Program-made: the position numbers and the translations under genes | Shown here: in pieces, positions 1-10,059 of the stretch | Position numbering within the stretch: the stretch's first letter is position 1 | How the letters are laid out: each line of letters opens with the position of its first letter | Notes under the pieces: model-generated | The model's database searches: none | What the model saw: only the letters and a program-made list of their open reading frames with translations | Told to the model about the DNA's origin: nothing | Assembly: GCA_013374505.1 (NCBI GenBank) | Contig: QENJ01000001.1 | Span: 1-36,224, forward strand | Direction of reading: 5' to 3' | Source: Candidatus Methanophagaceae archaeon | GTDB taxonomy: Archaea > Halobacteriota > Syntropharchaeia > Alkanophagales > Methanospirareceae | Length of the DNA: 36,224 bases

Positions 1-1007
1 GTGGCGAGGTGAAAATAACACAGGATTCCACGACAAAAGAAGTGATAAAAGCACCGGATTTGTCGGATTTGCCGATACTAACACATTTCCGGGACGATGG
101 TGGCACGTACATCACGGCAGGTATAATCGTGGCTGAATTGGACGGTGTTCGGAACGCATCATTTCATCGGATGATGGTACTAGATGAGAAGCGGTTGGCT
201 GTAAGGCTTGTTCCCCCACGTCACCTGTATAAGATGCACCGTGAAGCGATAGAAAGCGGTGAGAACTTAAAAATTGGAATTGCCATAGGTGTTAATCCTT
301 TGATCCTTTTAGCAGCCGCAACAAGGGTGCCACCGGGCAAGGAGTTTGAATACGCATCGGCATTGCAGAAAGAGCCGGTAGAGCTTTTCACTCTGGATAA
401 TGGCGTGGCGGTACCACATGCGGAAATCGCTTTCGCGGGATTCATAGGTGAAGACCGAGCGAAGGAAGGCCCGTTTTTGGATATTACCGGTACGTATGAC
501 AAGATAAGAGAGGAACCGGTTATCACGCTTACACGGATGTACCATCGAAAAGACCCGATTTATCACGCTATACTGCCTTCGGGCTCGGAGCACAAACTGC
601 TTATGGGTGTGCCATATGAACCTTTGATATTTAGAGCGGTGGAGCGTGTGGCACGAGTGCAGAACGTTCTTTTGACCGATGGCGGGTGTTGCTATTTGCA
701 TGCGGTGGTGCAGCTAAAGAAGATGGGCGAAGGCGAGGCGAAGAATGCTATTATTGCAGCTTTCGCGGCACATCCCAGCCTAAAACGCGTTGTCGTTGTG
801 GATGACGATATAGACATATTCAACATGAATGAGGTAGAGTATGCGATAGCGACACGGGTTCGCTGGAATGAAGATGTGGTGCTCATACCAGGCGTGAAGG
901 GGTCGTCACTTGACCCGTCCGCCAAAAACGCGCTTACCACGAAGGTAGGTATAGATGCAACTAAAGAATTTGGAGAAGAGGCGAGATATGAGCGGGTAAT
1001 CACATAG
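1..1007 (+). CDS. UbiD-family (prFMN-dependent) decarboxylase, 5' end cut by the window edge
   Basis: The frame is open from base 3 to the stop at 1005-1007. The translation carries UbiD-like blocks (LTHFRDDGGTYITAGI, ASFHRMMV, GVPYEP, GIDATKEF). About 80-100 N-terminal residues are expected upstream. An archaeal role as anhydromevalonate-phosphate decarboxylase is inference only. Confidence 0.75.
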   Translation, partial: GEVKITQDSTTKEVIKAPDLSDLPILTHFRDDGGTYITAGIIVAELDGVRNASFHRMMVLDEKRLAVRLVPPRHLYKMHREAIESGENLKIGIAIGVNPLILLAAATRVPPGKEFEYASALQKEPVELFTLDNGVAVPHAEIAFAGFIGEDRAKEGPFLDITGTYDKIREEPVITLTRMYHRKDPIYHAILPSGSEHKLLMGVPYEPLIFRAVERVARVQNVLLTDGGCCYLHAVVQLKKMGEGEAKNAIIAAFAAHPSLKRVVVVDDDIDIFNMNEVEYAIATRVRWNEDVVLIPGVKGSSLDPSAKNALTTKVGIDATKEFGEEARYERVIT

Positions 1008-1097
1008 TAAGGTATTGCATGTCCTATCGATAAAGCCTATTGTATCCACCTCTTGAACACTGAAAGAAGAAAATGAATATGATCATGAGTTTATGAA

Positions 1098-1907
1098 TTA
1101 TGATAAAGTTCTGTAGAATTTGCCATAGCCATCATTCTTTTTTACTTCTTCAATAGCTGCACTTGCTGCTTCACTCAATATGCTCTCCGCCTTTTTGTAA
1201 TCAGGTGCTGTAATACGCAGTTTATACTTCGGTGCACCGATGTAGAAACATTCCAGCTTAAGCCCGTTTGTATCCGAGGGTTCACTTTTTATCGTCTCTT
1301 TTGCTTTTTTCAGTGCTGCCTTTAATATGTCCACACCGTTAGGCAAGGGGCACGTCAGCTCCATATATCCTGTTATTTGCACCGATGGCAATTTAACGTT
1401 TGCAAGAGCCACTTCATGTATTGCATCTGCGACTTCTTCTTTTATTCCAAGTGCAGTCAGTACGCTTTTACCACCCCTTAAAATTTCATGGAAGGCATCA
1501 TATAGTCCACCATAAGCATCCACCAATTCCAGTTCGATGGTGCCGAGCTCCTCTTTGCTCAGTTCAATAGTTGCGGACGCAGCCACAAGAGCTAGCCATT
1601 TTCTCGCTTTCTTCTCGTTCTTCCACGCTTTTATTCGCTCCCGCCTTTGCCCTTCCTTCACCGCTTTCAAGGATAAATCTATATGTCCCCTCTGTGCATC
1701 TACATTTAATACCTTGCATACAATCTTTTGGTTTTCTCTTACGTAATCCCTCAGATGTTTCACCCAACCAGTGGCTACAGCGGATATGTGGATAAAACCT
1801 TCCTTACCGTCATACTCATCAAGCGTAGCGAATACACCAAAAGTCTTAAGCTCCTTTGCCGTACAAACTACAAACTCACCCGTCTCTGGCCAATCCTCTT
1901 TTACCAT
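1098..1907 (-). CDS. eif2a: translation initiation factor aIF-2 alpha subunit
   Basis: 269 aa with an N-terminal S1 domain (PETGEFVVCTAKELKTFGVFATLDEYDGKEGFIHISAVATGWVKHLRDYV). It lies directly downstream of rpl44e-rps27e, as in the conserved archaeal operon. Confidence 0.9.
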   Translation of the reverse strand: MVKEDWPETGEFVVCTAKELKTFGVFATLDEYDGKEGFIHISAVATGWVKHLRDYVRENQKIVCKVLNVDAQRGHIDLSLKAVKEGQRRERIKAWKNEKKARKWLALVAASATIELSKEELGTIELELVDAYGGLYDAFHEILRGGKSVLTALGIKEEVADAIHEVALANVKLPSVQITGYMELTCPLPNGVDILKAALKKAKETIKSEPSDTNGLKLECFYIGAPKYKLRITAPDYKKAESILSEAASAAIEEVKKNDGYGKFYRTLS

Positions 1908-1935
1908 CTAATATTGCTCATTCTCCCACTTGTTG

Positions 1936-2115
1936 TTACTCGAGAAATTCTATTATTCGAGCTCTTATCTCCGCCTTTCCACCTCGCGGCTCAACCAAGG
2001 TACTCCCACAGACATTGCATCTCACTGTTGTGGATGCGTGGTCGAATATGACCTGCTCATTTTCACAATCATCGCATCTTACCCTTACGAATTTACTATT
2101 CGGCTTTCCTTCCAT
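1936..2115 (-). CDS. rps27e: ribosomal protein eS27 (S27e)
   Basis: 59-codon ORF below the track length cut-off, translated by hand: MEGKPNSKFVRVRCDDCENEQVIFDHASTTVRCNVCGSTLVEPRGGKAEIRARIIEFLE. It has a CxxC...CxxC zinc ribbon and sits between rpl44e and eif2a. Confidence 0.85.
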   Translation of the reverse strand: MEGKPNSKFVRVRCDDCENEQVIFDHASTTVRCNVCGSTLVEPRGGKAEIRARIIEFLE

Positions 2116-2202
2116 ACTTATACACCCTCCTGTTTCAGAAACTTTTCTTAAAGAAAAACGTGTTAACTAGATTTTGTCTTTCTTATGATTACCTTTACAC
2201 TT

Positions 2203-2481
2203 TTAGTCCATGAGTTCCAGCTTAGATACACGGAAACCCGACTTCTGATGCGCTTTTTTACATTCCGTACACCTATATTTGAGAAAAACCTTCTTCGTTG
2301 GTTTATCTCCACCAGGAACCTTGGAAAACTTACCACTATTACCTATACCAGACCTGCGTTTCTTTTGCCGTACTATCCAGCTCAAAGACGAGGCTCTACC
2401 CTTTTTCACTTTATCCACGTCATGTATCGTATGCTTCTTGCAAAACGGACAAAGAATCCGCACTTTCTTCGGCATCTTCAT
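2203..2481 (-). CDS. rpl44e: ribosomal protein eL42 (L44e)
   Basis: 92 aa and basic, with CPFCKK...CTECKK zinc-ribbon pairs. The sequence [20 protein letters not shown]...[11 protein letters not shown] is typical of L44e. Confidence 0.9.
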   Translation of the reverse strand: MKMPKKVRILCPFCKKHTIHDVDKVKKGRASSLSWIVRQKKRRSGIGNSGKFSKVPGGDKPTKKVFLKYRCTECKKAHQKSGFRVSKLELMD

Positions 2482-3134
2482 TTCTCTATTTCTCCTTCGT
2501 TACTTCCTTCCTTTTTGCCTTCAAACCTCACTGCAACCCCCCTCTTACACAGTATCTCTGCATTGGTCTTTGGCAGCATAATAACATCTTCTTTTCTCAC
2601 CTTATAAATCCTTCCATCTGTACCCATAAAAGTTGGTATATCATCCAATACCCGGACTATGTGCAGCGGTTCTTTATCCTCACTTTCTACAATCGTAGCG
2701 TCTTTTTCGACTGTGGAAACGGTTGGATGTGCTGCTTTTTCTTCTGTACTCTTTATCAGTTCCCGCTTTTCCTCTTTACTCTCGCCCCATATTGACGCGA
2801 ATATTCTCTCCCGGCTTTCGTCCACATGACTTTTTACCGCTTCAAATAGCAGTCTCTCCTCGTCCATCATCCCCTTAGGCTGTGTACTCATACCCGAACT
2901 GGCAAGTTTTATTATCTTCCCTATGCGTCTCTTGATTATATCCTCCACCTTCGTCCGCGCATTCTTTATCTCGTCTCCCACAAACCCCTTCCGGTTTTCA
3001 TCCGCTTCTCGTTTCTCGTCTTCTAACTTAGTTATATACGTACTTACGTCTTCAAAGAATGTTTCCGGTAAATCCTGCAGTGATGCCGTGTTCCTTTCCT
3101 TATACAATAGTTCCCAGAGCGTCTCTATGTCCAT
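2478..3134 (-). CDS. GINS complex subunit (Gins51/Gins15-like)
   Basis: The N-terminus ([35 protein letters not shown]) and the C-terminal B-domain-like block ([42 protein letters not shown]) match archaeal GINS architecture as I remember it. A 4-nt overlap with rpl44e suggests one operon. Confidence 0.6.
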   Translation of the reverse strand: MDIETLWELLYKERNTASLQDLPETFFEDVSTYITKLEDEKREADENRKGFVGDEIKNARTKVEDIIKRRIGKIIKLASSGMSTQPKGMMDEERLLFEAVKSHVDESRERIFASIWGESKEEKRELIKSTEEKAAHPTVSTVEKDATIVESEDKEPLHIVRVLDDIPTFMGTDGRIYKVRKEDVIMLPKTNAEILCKRGVAVRFEGKKEGSNEGEIEK

Positions 3135-3146
3135 AAACTTTTGGTT

Positions 3147-4277
3147 TTATTCTGATATAGCGAGGTCTTCATAATCGCTCACATCATAATCCCCTTCATA
3201 ACTAAATTCTACTTTGCTTTGTTTAATTATCTCATCCAAAATATCGCCCAAATATTCCTGTGCAATCGCTTCCTCAAGTCGCTCTATGAGAATAGGAACA
3301 TTTATTATTTCTTCAATACAGCCCATATATCGTGAAACGATAGCTTTGATTGAATACTGCTCTTCGGCTTGCTCTTCTATTTTCCGTTTAAGTGTTGAAA
3401 TCAAGTCCGAAGATTTTATTACAAATGTTATGGGATACTTTTCAATTTTATCTATATCCAGAAAATATTTGTTTACATCTACGGTTTCAGTTACCTGAAA
3501 AAACCGTCCTAAAGGTTTCATTACAAAATCAATACCACCATCATTCGCGTTTGTGCGACCCGTTTTGTAAAGATTTAAATTATCTTCTTGAATTTTGTCT
3601 ATCTCAAACCCCCAATAAATATTCTGGTTGTGATAATAATACTTTAATATGCTATAACTTACTATTTCAAATATTCTTGCATCTATCGCTGGTTCCACTA
3701 AACTACCAATGAAATCAATTGACTCTTTATCCGTTAATTTTTGAGCACGCTCACAAAATCGAATAAAATTTTCAAAAGCGTCTTTTTTAGTTTCGATATA
3801 AACATCAATAATCTGTATTATTGCTTTCGCTAAATTGTGGTCTGTCCCATCAACTTTAATCTTTATTAAATTCTCATTAAACCAATATCTATTTGTTTTT
3901 AAGTCTCTTAAGATAGGGATATAATCACAAGTGGGGAAACATTTTTTAAATTCTTGATTCATCCGGTGGTTTAAAGCGTGATTCTGAAGCTTTTGCCCGA
4001 ACGGTAATTCACGTTGTCTTTTGAAAAGGTTTGTAAAAATAGCGCCTTCATATTCAGTATATTCCCCTGTTTTGAGAAAGCCTTTTGAGATATAGTCTTC
4101 AACCAGTACATATATAACATATAAGTTTGCGAAACTACCTCTCGATTTTGAGCCTTTACTAGCGGATTTTGTCTTTATGTTAAGATATTGAATAATCGGA
4201 CTTTCAAGGAATACTTTGTCTGATAAAACACCAAAATCATTTCTCAAAATCTCATTGATTTTTTTTAGTAAATTCAT
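3147..4277 (-). CDS. putative type II restriction endonuclease (PD-(D/E)xK, Mrr-cat-like core)
   Basis: 376 aa, 12 nt downstream of the co-directional DNA methyltransferase. The pattern FEIVSYSIL...NDGGIDFVMKPLGRFFQVTE resembles the FE...DGGID...QxK nuclease core. The region is markedly AT-rich. Confidence 0.5.
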   Translation of the reverse strand: MNLLKKINEILRNDFGVLSDKVFLESPIIQYLNIKTKSASKGSKSRGSFANLYVIYVLVEDYISKGFLKTGEYTEYEGAIFTNLFKRQRELPFGQKLQNHALNHRMNQEFKKCFPTCDYIPILRDLKTNRYWFNENLIKIKVDGTDHNLAKAIIQIIDVYIETKKDAFENFIRFCERAQKLTDKESIDFIGSLVEPAIDARIFEIVSYSILKYYYHNQNIYWGFEIDKIQEDNLNLYKTGRTNANDGGIDFVMKPLGRFFQVTETVDVNKYFLDIDKIEKYPITFVIKSSDLISTLKRKIEEQAEEQYSIKAIVSRYMGCIEEIINVPILIERLEEAIAQEYLGDILDEIIKQSKVEFSYEGDYDVSDYEDLAISE

Positions 4278-4289
4278 GTTCCATTATTT

Positions 4290-5150
4290 TTAGTCCTCCA
4301 CGAGATTTAATGTTATTTGTCCTTTATCCCTCGGTCGCTCAAATGACCTCCGTTCTTTTTGAAGTGGCAGTCCATTGTATTCAGACAGTATTCGCAGTCT
4401 TCGTAACCCTATTTTCACGTATTCTTCCTGCATTTCTATGCCGATTGATTTTCTTTTAAGCTGCTTTGCAACAAACGAAGTCGTAAAAGTGCCAGAAAAG
4501 GGATCAAGTACAATATCTCCTTCGTTGCTACTCGCTTTGATGATTCTTTCTAATAACGCTGTTGGTTTCTGTGTAGGGTGATTTTCGTATTCTGCCATAC
4601 GATATCTTACTCTTGGAATTTCCCATACATTGCCAGGGACTTTCTTAGAGTTATATACCGTTGGCATAGATTTTCGATAGTCAATTAATTTCCTTACGGC
4701 GCCGGTCTTTGCCTCAACTGAAATATCCTCAGAATTGAAGGTATAATTATTCTTATCTTTAACACAGTGCAGTATTGGTTCATATAACGATCCAAAGTAG
4801 TTCTTTGCCTGTACACCAGAACTGTCGTAATACCAAACAATCCGGGACAGTATTGTAACTTTATCCCTGAGAAAGAGGTCAAAGTAAGGCATGTGTTGTG
4901 TTGCGGTCATTACGTACATGCTCCCGTTACTCTTTAATTTCTTAATACATAATTCTAACCACTTATAACACCATTTCAAGTATGATTCGTCAGAATCCCA
5001 TTTATCGGGTAAGTCCATAAAGTTTTTACCGATATTATACGGTGGGTCAGCAAAGATAAGGTCAATTGAGCGATTAGCAATCTCACCCGTCAAAATGTCT
5101 AACACATCGCCTAATATTATCCTATGTCCTTCTTTTTCAAATTTCCCCAT
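4290..5150 (-). CDS. beta-class exocyclic-amino DNA methyltransferase (N6-A or N4-C)
   Basis: Motif IV (IFADPPYNIG) lies near the N-terminus and motif I (VLDPFSGTFTTSFVA) near the C-terminus. This IV-TRD-I order defines the beta class. 286 aa. Confidence 0.85.
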   Translation of the reverse strand: MGKFEKEGHRIILGDVLDILTGEIANRSIDLIFADPPYNIGKNFMDLPDKWDSDESYLKWCYKWLELCIKKLKSNGSMYVMTATQHMPYFDLFLRDKVTILSRIVWYYDSSGVQAKNYFGSLYEPILHCVKDKNNYTFNSEDISVEAKTGAVRKLIDYRKSMPTVYNSKKVPGNVWEIPRVRYRMAEYENHPTQKPTALLERIIKASSNEGDIVLDPFSGTFTTSFVAKQLKRKSIGIEMQEEYVKIGLRRLRILSEYNGLPLQKERRSFERPRDKGQITLNLVED

Positions 5151-5241
5151 TCTTCACCTTAAAGTAATATCGTACAGCATAACAATATCTAAAGATATAA
5201 CGTTAAATATTTTTGGATACAAGGTTACGTAAACAGGAAAT

Positions 5242-6459
5242 ATGAAACTATTCCGTACGCTGATCTCATGGGATAACGCATTAAAAACCGTTTTAGCACA
5301 CGCAAAACAGACAGGAAAAGAGACAATACACTTTGACGAGTCCGTTGATAGAATACTGGCAGAAGATATTCGGTCGCCCATAGACAGCCCGCCTTTTGAC
5401 CGTGCTGCTATGGATGGTTATGCGATTAAAGGGCAAAACTCTTTTGGTGCAACGCCAAATAACACCGTGCTTTTGAAGAGAACAGAACTAGCAGGCGAAT
5501 CCGAAAAAGATGTGGAAATATGTGAGGGCGGTTATTTGCCTATACAAACCGGGCAGTCAATGCCGAAAGGCAGTAATGCCGTGGTTATGCTGGAGTACAC
5601 AAAGGAGATCGCGACTAAATTGGAGATTTACAAACCCGTCACACCCGGTAAGAACGTTTCGCTCAAAGGCGAGGATGTGAAGAAGGGCGAGCGTGTGTTA
5701 CAAGAGGGTAAGGTGCTGAGAGCTCATGACCTCGGTATGCTTGCTGCACTCGTTAAAACGCGGGTGAAGGTGTATAAAAGAATGAAAGTCGGGATATTTT
5801 CCACGGGTGACGAGCTTTCGGACCCTAAGAACTTGGCCGAAACAGAGAAGAAGATAGCAGATGTGAATAGTTATGTCTTAGAAGCGTTGGTAAAGAAGAT
5901 AGCGAATCCGTACAGGATAGGCATATTTAAGGACGATTACGAGAAGATAAAGAACGCGATAACAACTTCGTTGACGCTTTGCGATGCGCTACTAATAAGT
6001 GGCGGGAGTTCAGTAGGCAAGAAAGATTTTATCGCAGATGCTGTAGGAGACTTGGGTGAGCTTCTGTTCCACGGCGTGGCTATTCGACCGGGCGAGCCTA
6101 CAGGTTTTGGCATCATAAACAACAAGCCCGTTTTCGTGCTGCCGGGCTATCCCGTAGCGACAATATCAGCATTCGAAATGCTCGTAAGACCGTTTTTGTA
6201 TGCTACACATGGCGTTAAAGAAGATAGCCGTAAATTATTCGCGGTGACAAGGAAGAAAATACCTTCTGCAGTCGGCCGGAGCGATTTTGTTCGTGTAAAG
6301 CTTGTTTGTTCAGAAGATGAGTTTTATGCGGATCCCATAAGAGTAAGTGGTTCTGGTATTTTATCCAGCATGACGAAATCGGATGGGTTTGTGATAATAG
6401 CGGAGAATAGAGAGGGTATGGAAGAGGGGGAAAAGGTGGAAGTGAACGTATGGGTTTAA
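5242..6459 (+). CDS. moeA: molybdopterin molybdenumtransferase MoeA
   Basis: 405 aa with MoeA blocks: DSPPFDRAAMDGYA, IFSTGDEL, ISGGSSVGKKDF, RPGEPTGFG, LPGYPVA. Confidence 0.85.
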   Translation: MKLFRTLISWDNALKTVLAHAKQTGKETIHFDESVDRILAEDIRSPIDSPPFDRAAMDGYAIKGQNSFGATPNNTVLLKRTELAGESEKDVEICEGGYLPIQTGQSMPKGSNAVVMLEYTKEIATKLEIYKPVTPGKNVSLKGEDVKKGERVLQEGKVLRAHDLGMLAALVKTRVKVYKRMKVGIFSTGDELSDPKNLAETEKKIADVNSYVLEALVKKIANPYRIGIFKDDYEKIKNAITTSLTLCDALLISGGSSVGKKDFIADAVGDLGELLFHGVAIRPGEPTGFGIINNKPVFVLPGYPVATISAFEMLVRPFLYATHGVKEDSRKLFAVTRKKIPSAVGRSDFVRVKLVCSEDEFYADPIRVSGSGILSSMTKSDGFVIIAENREGMEEGEKVEVNVWV

Positions 6460-6550
6460 TTCTCCTGCTAGCCTTTAGTCGGTTATATTTCAAACTCAGC
6501 CGTGTTTTTGATATAAACATTTAATTAAACGTTTTGTAAAGTTAAGAGTG

Positions 6551-7855
6551 ATGAAAGTAGCAGTGCGACAGTCAAAGATAAAAGGCGAACTAAATGCGCC
6601 ACCTTCTAAAAGCTATACGCATAGAGCCATTGCAATCGCCACGCTTGGTGCTAAGAGCGATATTTTCTATCCGCTTATCTCTGAAGATACAAAAGCTACA
6701 ATTAACGCTGCTAAATGCCTGGGTGCGATTATAGAATATGAACCGGGAAGTAATAAAATAGCGATAGACGGCGTGGAGGGCGAACCAGAGACACCCGAAG
6801 ATGTAATAAACGTCGAGAATTCGGGCACTACTCTGAGGTTCTTCACAGCGATTTCTGCGTTATGCGAAGGTGCGGCAGTTCTAACAGGTGACGCATCGTT
6901 AAGGACGAGGCCGAATACACCACTGCTAAAATCTTTGAACGACCTTGGCTCGGAAGTGTTCTCGACTAAAGGAGATGGTACTCCCCCACTAGTAGTAAAA
7001 GGCAAGTTGAAAGGTGGTGAAACAACTATGGATGCGTCCATTAGCTCTCAATTCATATCGGCATTGCTCATCTCATGTCCGCTCATCGAGAAAGGGTCAT
7101 ACATCCGTGCAAACAATCTTGCGTCTGTGCCTTATATGCAAATGACATTGGAGGTGCTGGCGCAAGCCGGAGTGGAAATACCTGTTTCACGTCTGGATAC
7201 GGACGGGAACGACTATGTGTTCGACATTGAATGCGGAAAAAGCTACGGGTTACGGGAGTTTACGGTGCCCGGCGATTTTTCGTCCTCGTCCTATCTCTTA
7301 GCAGCGGCAGCACTCACCGAGTCGGAGATAACGGTAGGGAATTTGTTCCCGTCTGCGCAAGGAGATTCCCGAATTGTGGAACTATTGGACAATATGGGCG
7401 CAGATATAAGCTGGTCTAAAGAAGAAGGGCTTGTAACGGTAAAAGGGGTTAAAGGAGACGGTTTACGAGGTGTGAAGGTGAATATGCGAGCGAATCCGGA
7501 TTTAGTGCCGACAGTCGCGGTATTAGCTGCGGTTGCCAACGGCACCACGGAAATAACGGATGTTGGACATCTGAGATATAAAGAGACCGATAGGTTGATG
7601 TTAGTGGCTGAAGAGCTGAGAAAGCTGGATGCACGAATAGAAGAGAAAGAAGATGGGCTGCTGATAGAGGGTAAAGCGTTAAAAGCAGCGAAGGTGCATT
7701 CTCACGGTGATCATAGGTTGGCAATGGCGTTGACCCTAGCTGCGCTTTGCACACGTGGCGAAACGGTTATAGCAGATGCAGATTGTGCAAAAGTGTCGTA
7801 TCCCACGTTTTTTGATGATATGTGCAGTTTGGGTGCCGATATAATTATAAAATGA
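6551..7855 (+). CDS. aroA: 3-phosphoshikimate 1-carboxyvinyltransferase (EPSP synthase)
   Basis: PPSKSYTHRA, ENSGTTLRFF, LRTRP and RYKETDRL motifs. The ATG at 6551 is preferred over the GTG at 6548. Confidence 0.9.
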   Translation: MKVAVRQSKIKGELNAPPSKSYTHRAIAIATLGAKSDIFYPLISEDTKATINAAKCLGAIIEYEPGSNKIAIDGVEGEPETPEDVINVENSGTTLRFFTAISALCEGAAVLTGDASLRTRPNTPLLKSLNDLGSEVFSTKGDGTPPLVVKGKLKGGETTMDASISSQFISALLISCPLIEKGSYIRANNLASVPYMQMTLEVLAQAGVEIPVSRLDTDGNDYVFDIECGKSYGLREFTVPGDFSSSSYLLAAAALTESEITVGNLFPSAQGDSRIVELLDNMGADISWSKEEGLVTVKGVKGDGLRGVKVNMRANPDLVPTVAVLAAVANGTTEITDVGHLRYKETDRLMLVAEELRKLDARIEEKEDGLLIEGKALKAAKVHSHGDHRLAMALTLAALCTRGETVIADADCAKVSYPTFFDDMCSLGADIIIK

Positions 7856-8178
7856 ATAGTGGATGCTCAGAATATCGGTGTGAGATGGGCACGTGAAGGA
7901 CTCTGTGCTTACTGGTTCCTTATCCCGCCAGATCTCAACAAGCAGGTGTATTAACCCCCTCCATCAACCACACACAAATCATTATCTTATCACTCTCCAA
8001 CCCATCAAAACAGCATTCTACAAACGCGGCATATAAAACGAGATCTTGTAATCACGTAGAACCTGAAATAAGTGCCAAAAAACCGAAAGATTTATAAACG
8101 ATACTTCTTATATCTTATTCATGTGATTCAAGTGAAAACGCCGCTGATGCTGGACGTCAAGACCGGAGATGGGGGTTT

Positions 8179-8436
8179 GTGCGAAACGTGCTTGCGATAT
8201 TCGAGCAACGGAAAGTGCGAAAAATAGTCTCTGAATTTGGAATAAAGACGCTAAATAGGACAATAGCGGTGTTGAAGGTTGCGATACCAGTCATGTGCTT
8301 CAAGGAGTGCATAGCCTTCGTGATAAGTGAATTGAAGGATAAAGCATCGTTAAGAGAGTTTACAGGCGTGCATAATGTCCCTGATGCAGGAGATGTTGGC
8401 TCTCTGGTATCTTGCGTGGTATTTAAAGATAACTAA
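8179..8436 (+). pseudogene. N-terminal fragment of a DDE (IS4/IS5-superfamily-like) transposase
   Basis: 85-aa ORF ending LREFTGVHNVPDAGDVGSLVS. This overlaps in homology with the LPKSRDVYRLLSRFT segment of the 8779 ORF, which suggests two decayed copies or a disrupted gene. Confidence 0.4.
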
Positions 8437-8469
8437 AACAAGCATTTATAATCTGTTAATCAGCAAATG

Positions 8470-8800
8470 GTTATTTAAGCATACCCCTATATTGGAATTA
8501 GCAGACAAACTCTGTAATGTGTTAACTGCTATTTTTGATGGAGATTATTCTAAAAGAGAAGCGTAGCGTAAGATTGATCGTTAGAAGAAGCGAGCCATAA
8601 GTGTGGATTGACTTGCTTAATAGCTTTTTATCGACATTGGATACGTGGATAGAGGGGATTACAAACTACGTTAGTAACCTGCAAACGGAGGGCTTTAATG
8701 ACAAGATTAAGGTGATTAAGCGGCGTTGTTATGGGATTCTAAACGTTAAACATCTGTTCCAGCACATACACCTGGATCTTGAGGGTTATTCTTTATTTGA
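8470..8800 (+). pseudogene. C-terminal remnant of an ISL3-family transposase (frameshifted)
   Basis: ILELADKLCNVLTAIFDGDYSKREA, then after a frame change WIDLLNSFLSTLDTWIEGITNYVSNLQTEGFNDKIKVIKRRCYGILNVKHLFQHIHLDL. TEGFNxKIKVIKRRxYG is the characteristic ISL3 C-terminal signature. Confidence 0.6.
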
Positions 8801-9483
8801 CTGTTTTATCAAGGAGATATGTTCAACGCGAATTACCAAAGAGCCGAGATGTTTACAGGCTTCTGAGCAGGTTTACGGTTGAACAGTTTGTGGATATGGT
8901 GATGAGAATCGCAAACGCCGTTTGCGGGAAGCAAAAGAGCGGAAGAATGATGATAATTGGAGATACGATCAATTTGACGGTGAATATCAATTGGTTCAGA
9001 AAGAAGTACAAGAAGGAGATTTTAAAAATGGAGGGCTACAAATGGGCGTATTCTAAGTTTAAAGGCTATTATATCTGCATGAAGCTCGCTTTTGCCATGG
9101 AATACCCCTCGTTAAAGCCTTTAGCGTTTCTTGTCTTCCCAAGTGGTCCCCGTGACTTAAAAATCTTTGATAAAATCGTAACTGAACTAATAAGGCGTAG
9201 AAAATTGAGAAAAGGTGATTATTCCCTGTTAGACCGTGGATTTTGTGCTTACAGACATTATACAGATGGTTCACTCAAATACGGCATCGTACCGCTGATA
9301 TTTCTGCGGAAGAAATTTAAACTCGAAAAAGTGTTGAATAGGATACAGCTCACTTTAAACTTCTTTAATGACAGTCCACGCCGCGTGAAGAATAAAATAC
9401 GGCAGTTAAAAGCTGTCCTCGTGGAGTTCAAGCAATATATCCTTAATTGGGAGCATTTTAAGCCAAAGAGGTCTTTAATATAG
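8779..9483 (+). pseudogene. truncated DDE transposase (catalytic D, D region present, E region missing)
   Basis: MMIIGDTINLTV (first D), GYKWAYS, and SLLDRGFCAYRHY (second D). The ORF stops after 234 aa, before any E/K-R motif. Confidence 0.5.
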
Positions 9484-9707
9484 AATGTTTTTAAAGTGCT
9501 AAATTGCTCGGCACACTCATATCCCTCTGCTTTTCGCCCTCATCGCTTTTCATTTCAACTCATATCATCGTTATTACGTGATTGCTCCTTATTACATAGC
9601 TAAAGAATAGGAAAGCTTTTTATAGCAATCGAAAGCTTTTTATACCCAGTGATAAATATATTAGTGCTAAATAGGCATAGTAGCTTTAGTATATTGAGGG
9701 AAAAGAT

Positions 9708-10028
9708 ATGGTAGCGAATCCAGATGAATCTAATGCAAAAGGGCATAGTGATAGAATTGAGATAGGCGGAAAAGCAAACAAGTCTGTTATTGTTCCGGTA
9801 GAAGACTTCCTAGATGTAGTATCGGAAAAAACAGGGTGGACACATCATGCATTATTATATGAAAAAGACATTGGTCAGGTAGAGGTTCGACTCAAGATCA
9901 AAGCAAAAAGACCATTGCCACTAAAGATTATAAAGCGCGGAAAGTCAAGAAACAGTTTATATAAATTTGTATCACTTGAAGCGCGAAAGTGGAACCACGA
10001 CTTGATAACCACTCTAATAGAAAAGTAA
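9708..10028 (+). CDS. hypothetical protein (106 aa), first gene of an orphan cassette
   Basis: ATG start with a purine-rich stretch (GAGGGAAAAG) upstream. No family recognised by eye. Confidence 0.5.
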   Translation: MVANPDESNAKGHSDRIEIGGKANKSVIVPVEDFLDVVSEKTGWTHHALLYEKDIGQVEVRLKIKAKRPLPLKIIKRGKSRNSLYKFVSLEARKWNHDLITTLIEK

Positions 10029-10059
10029 AACACGCGAGGAGGGGGGTATAAGAACACGC

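Larger units (their letters stand above)
8179..9483 (+). mobile_element. nested, decayed insertion-sequence debris (DDE transposase fragments interrupted by an ISL3-type C-terminal fragment)
   Basis: Three non-contiguous transposase-like reading frames with stops and frameshifts between them. No intact transposase and no clear terminal inverted repeats were seen. Confidence 0.6.

Noticed and set aside
1008-1097. Expected nop10 downstream of eif2a, as in the conserved archaeal rpl44e-rps27e-eif2a-nop10 cluster
   Set aside because: Only 90 nt separate eif2a from the convergent UbiD gene. The only minus-strand ORF there is 20 codons (MIIFIFFFQCSRGGYNRLYR) and has no Nop10 zinc-ribbon pattern. 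nop10 must lie elsewhere.
2185-2795. Plus-strand ORFs of 100-165 aa opposite rpl44e and GINS
   Set aside because: They overlap strongly supported minus-strand genes and have a low-complexity Phe/Leu/Ser-rich composition.
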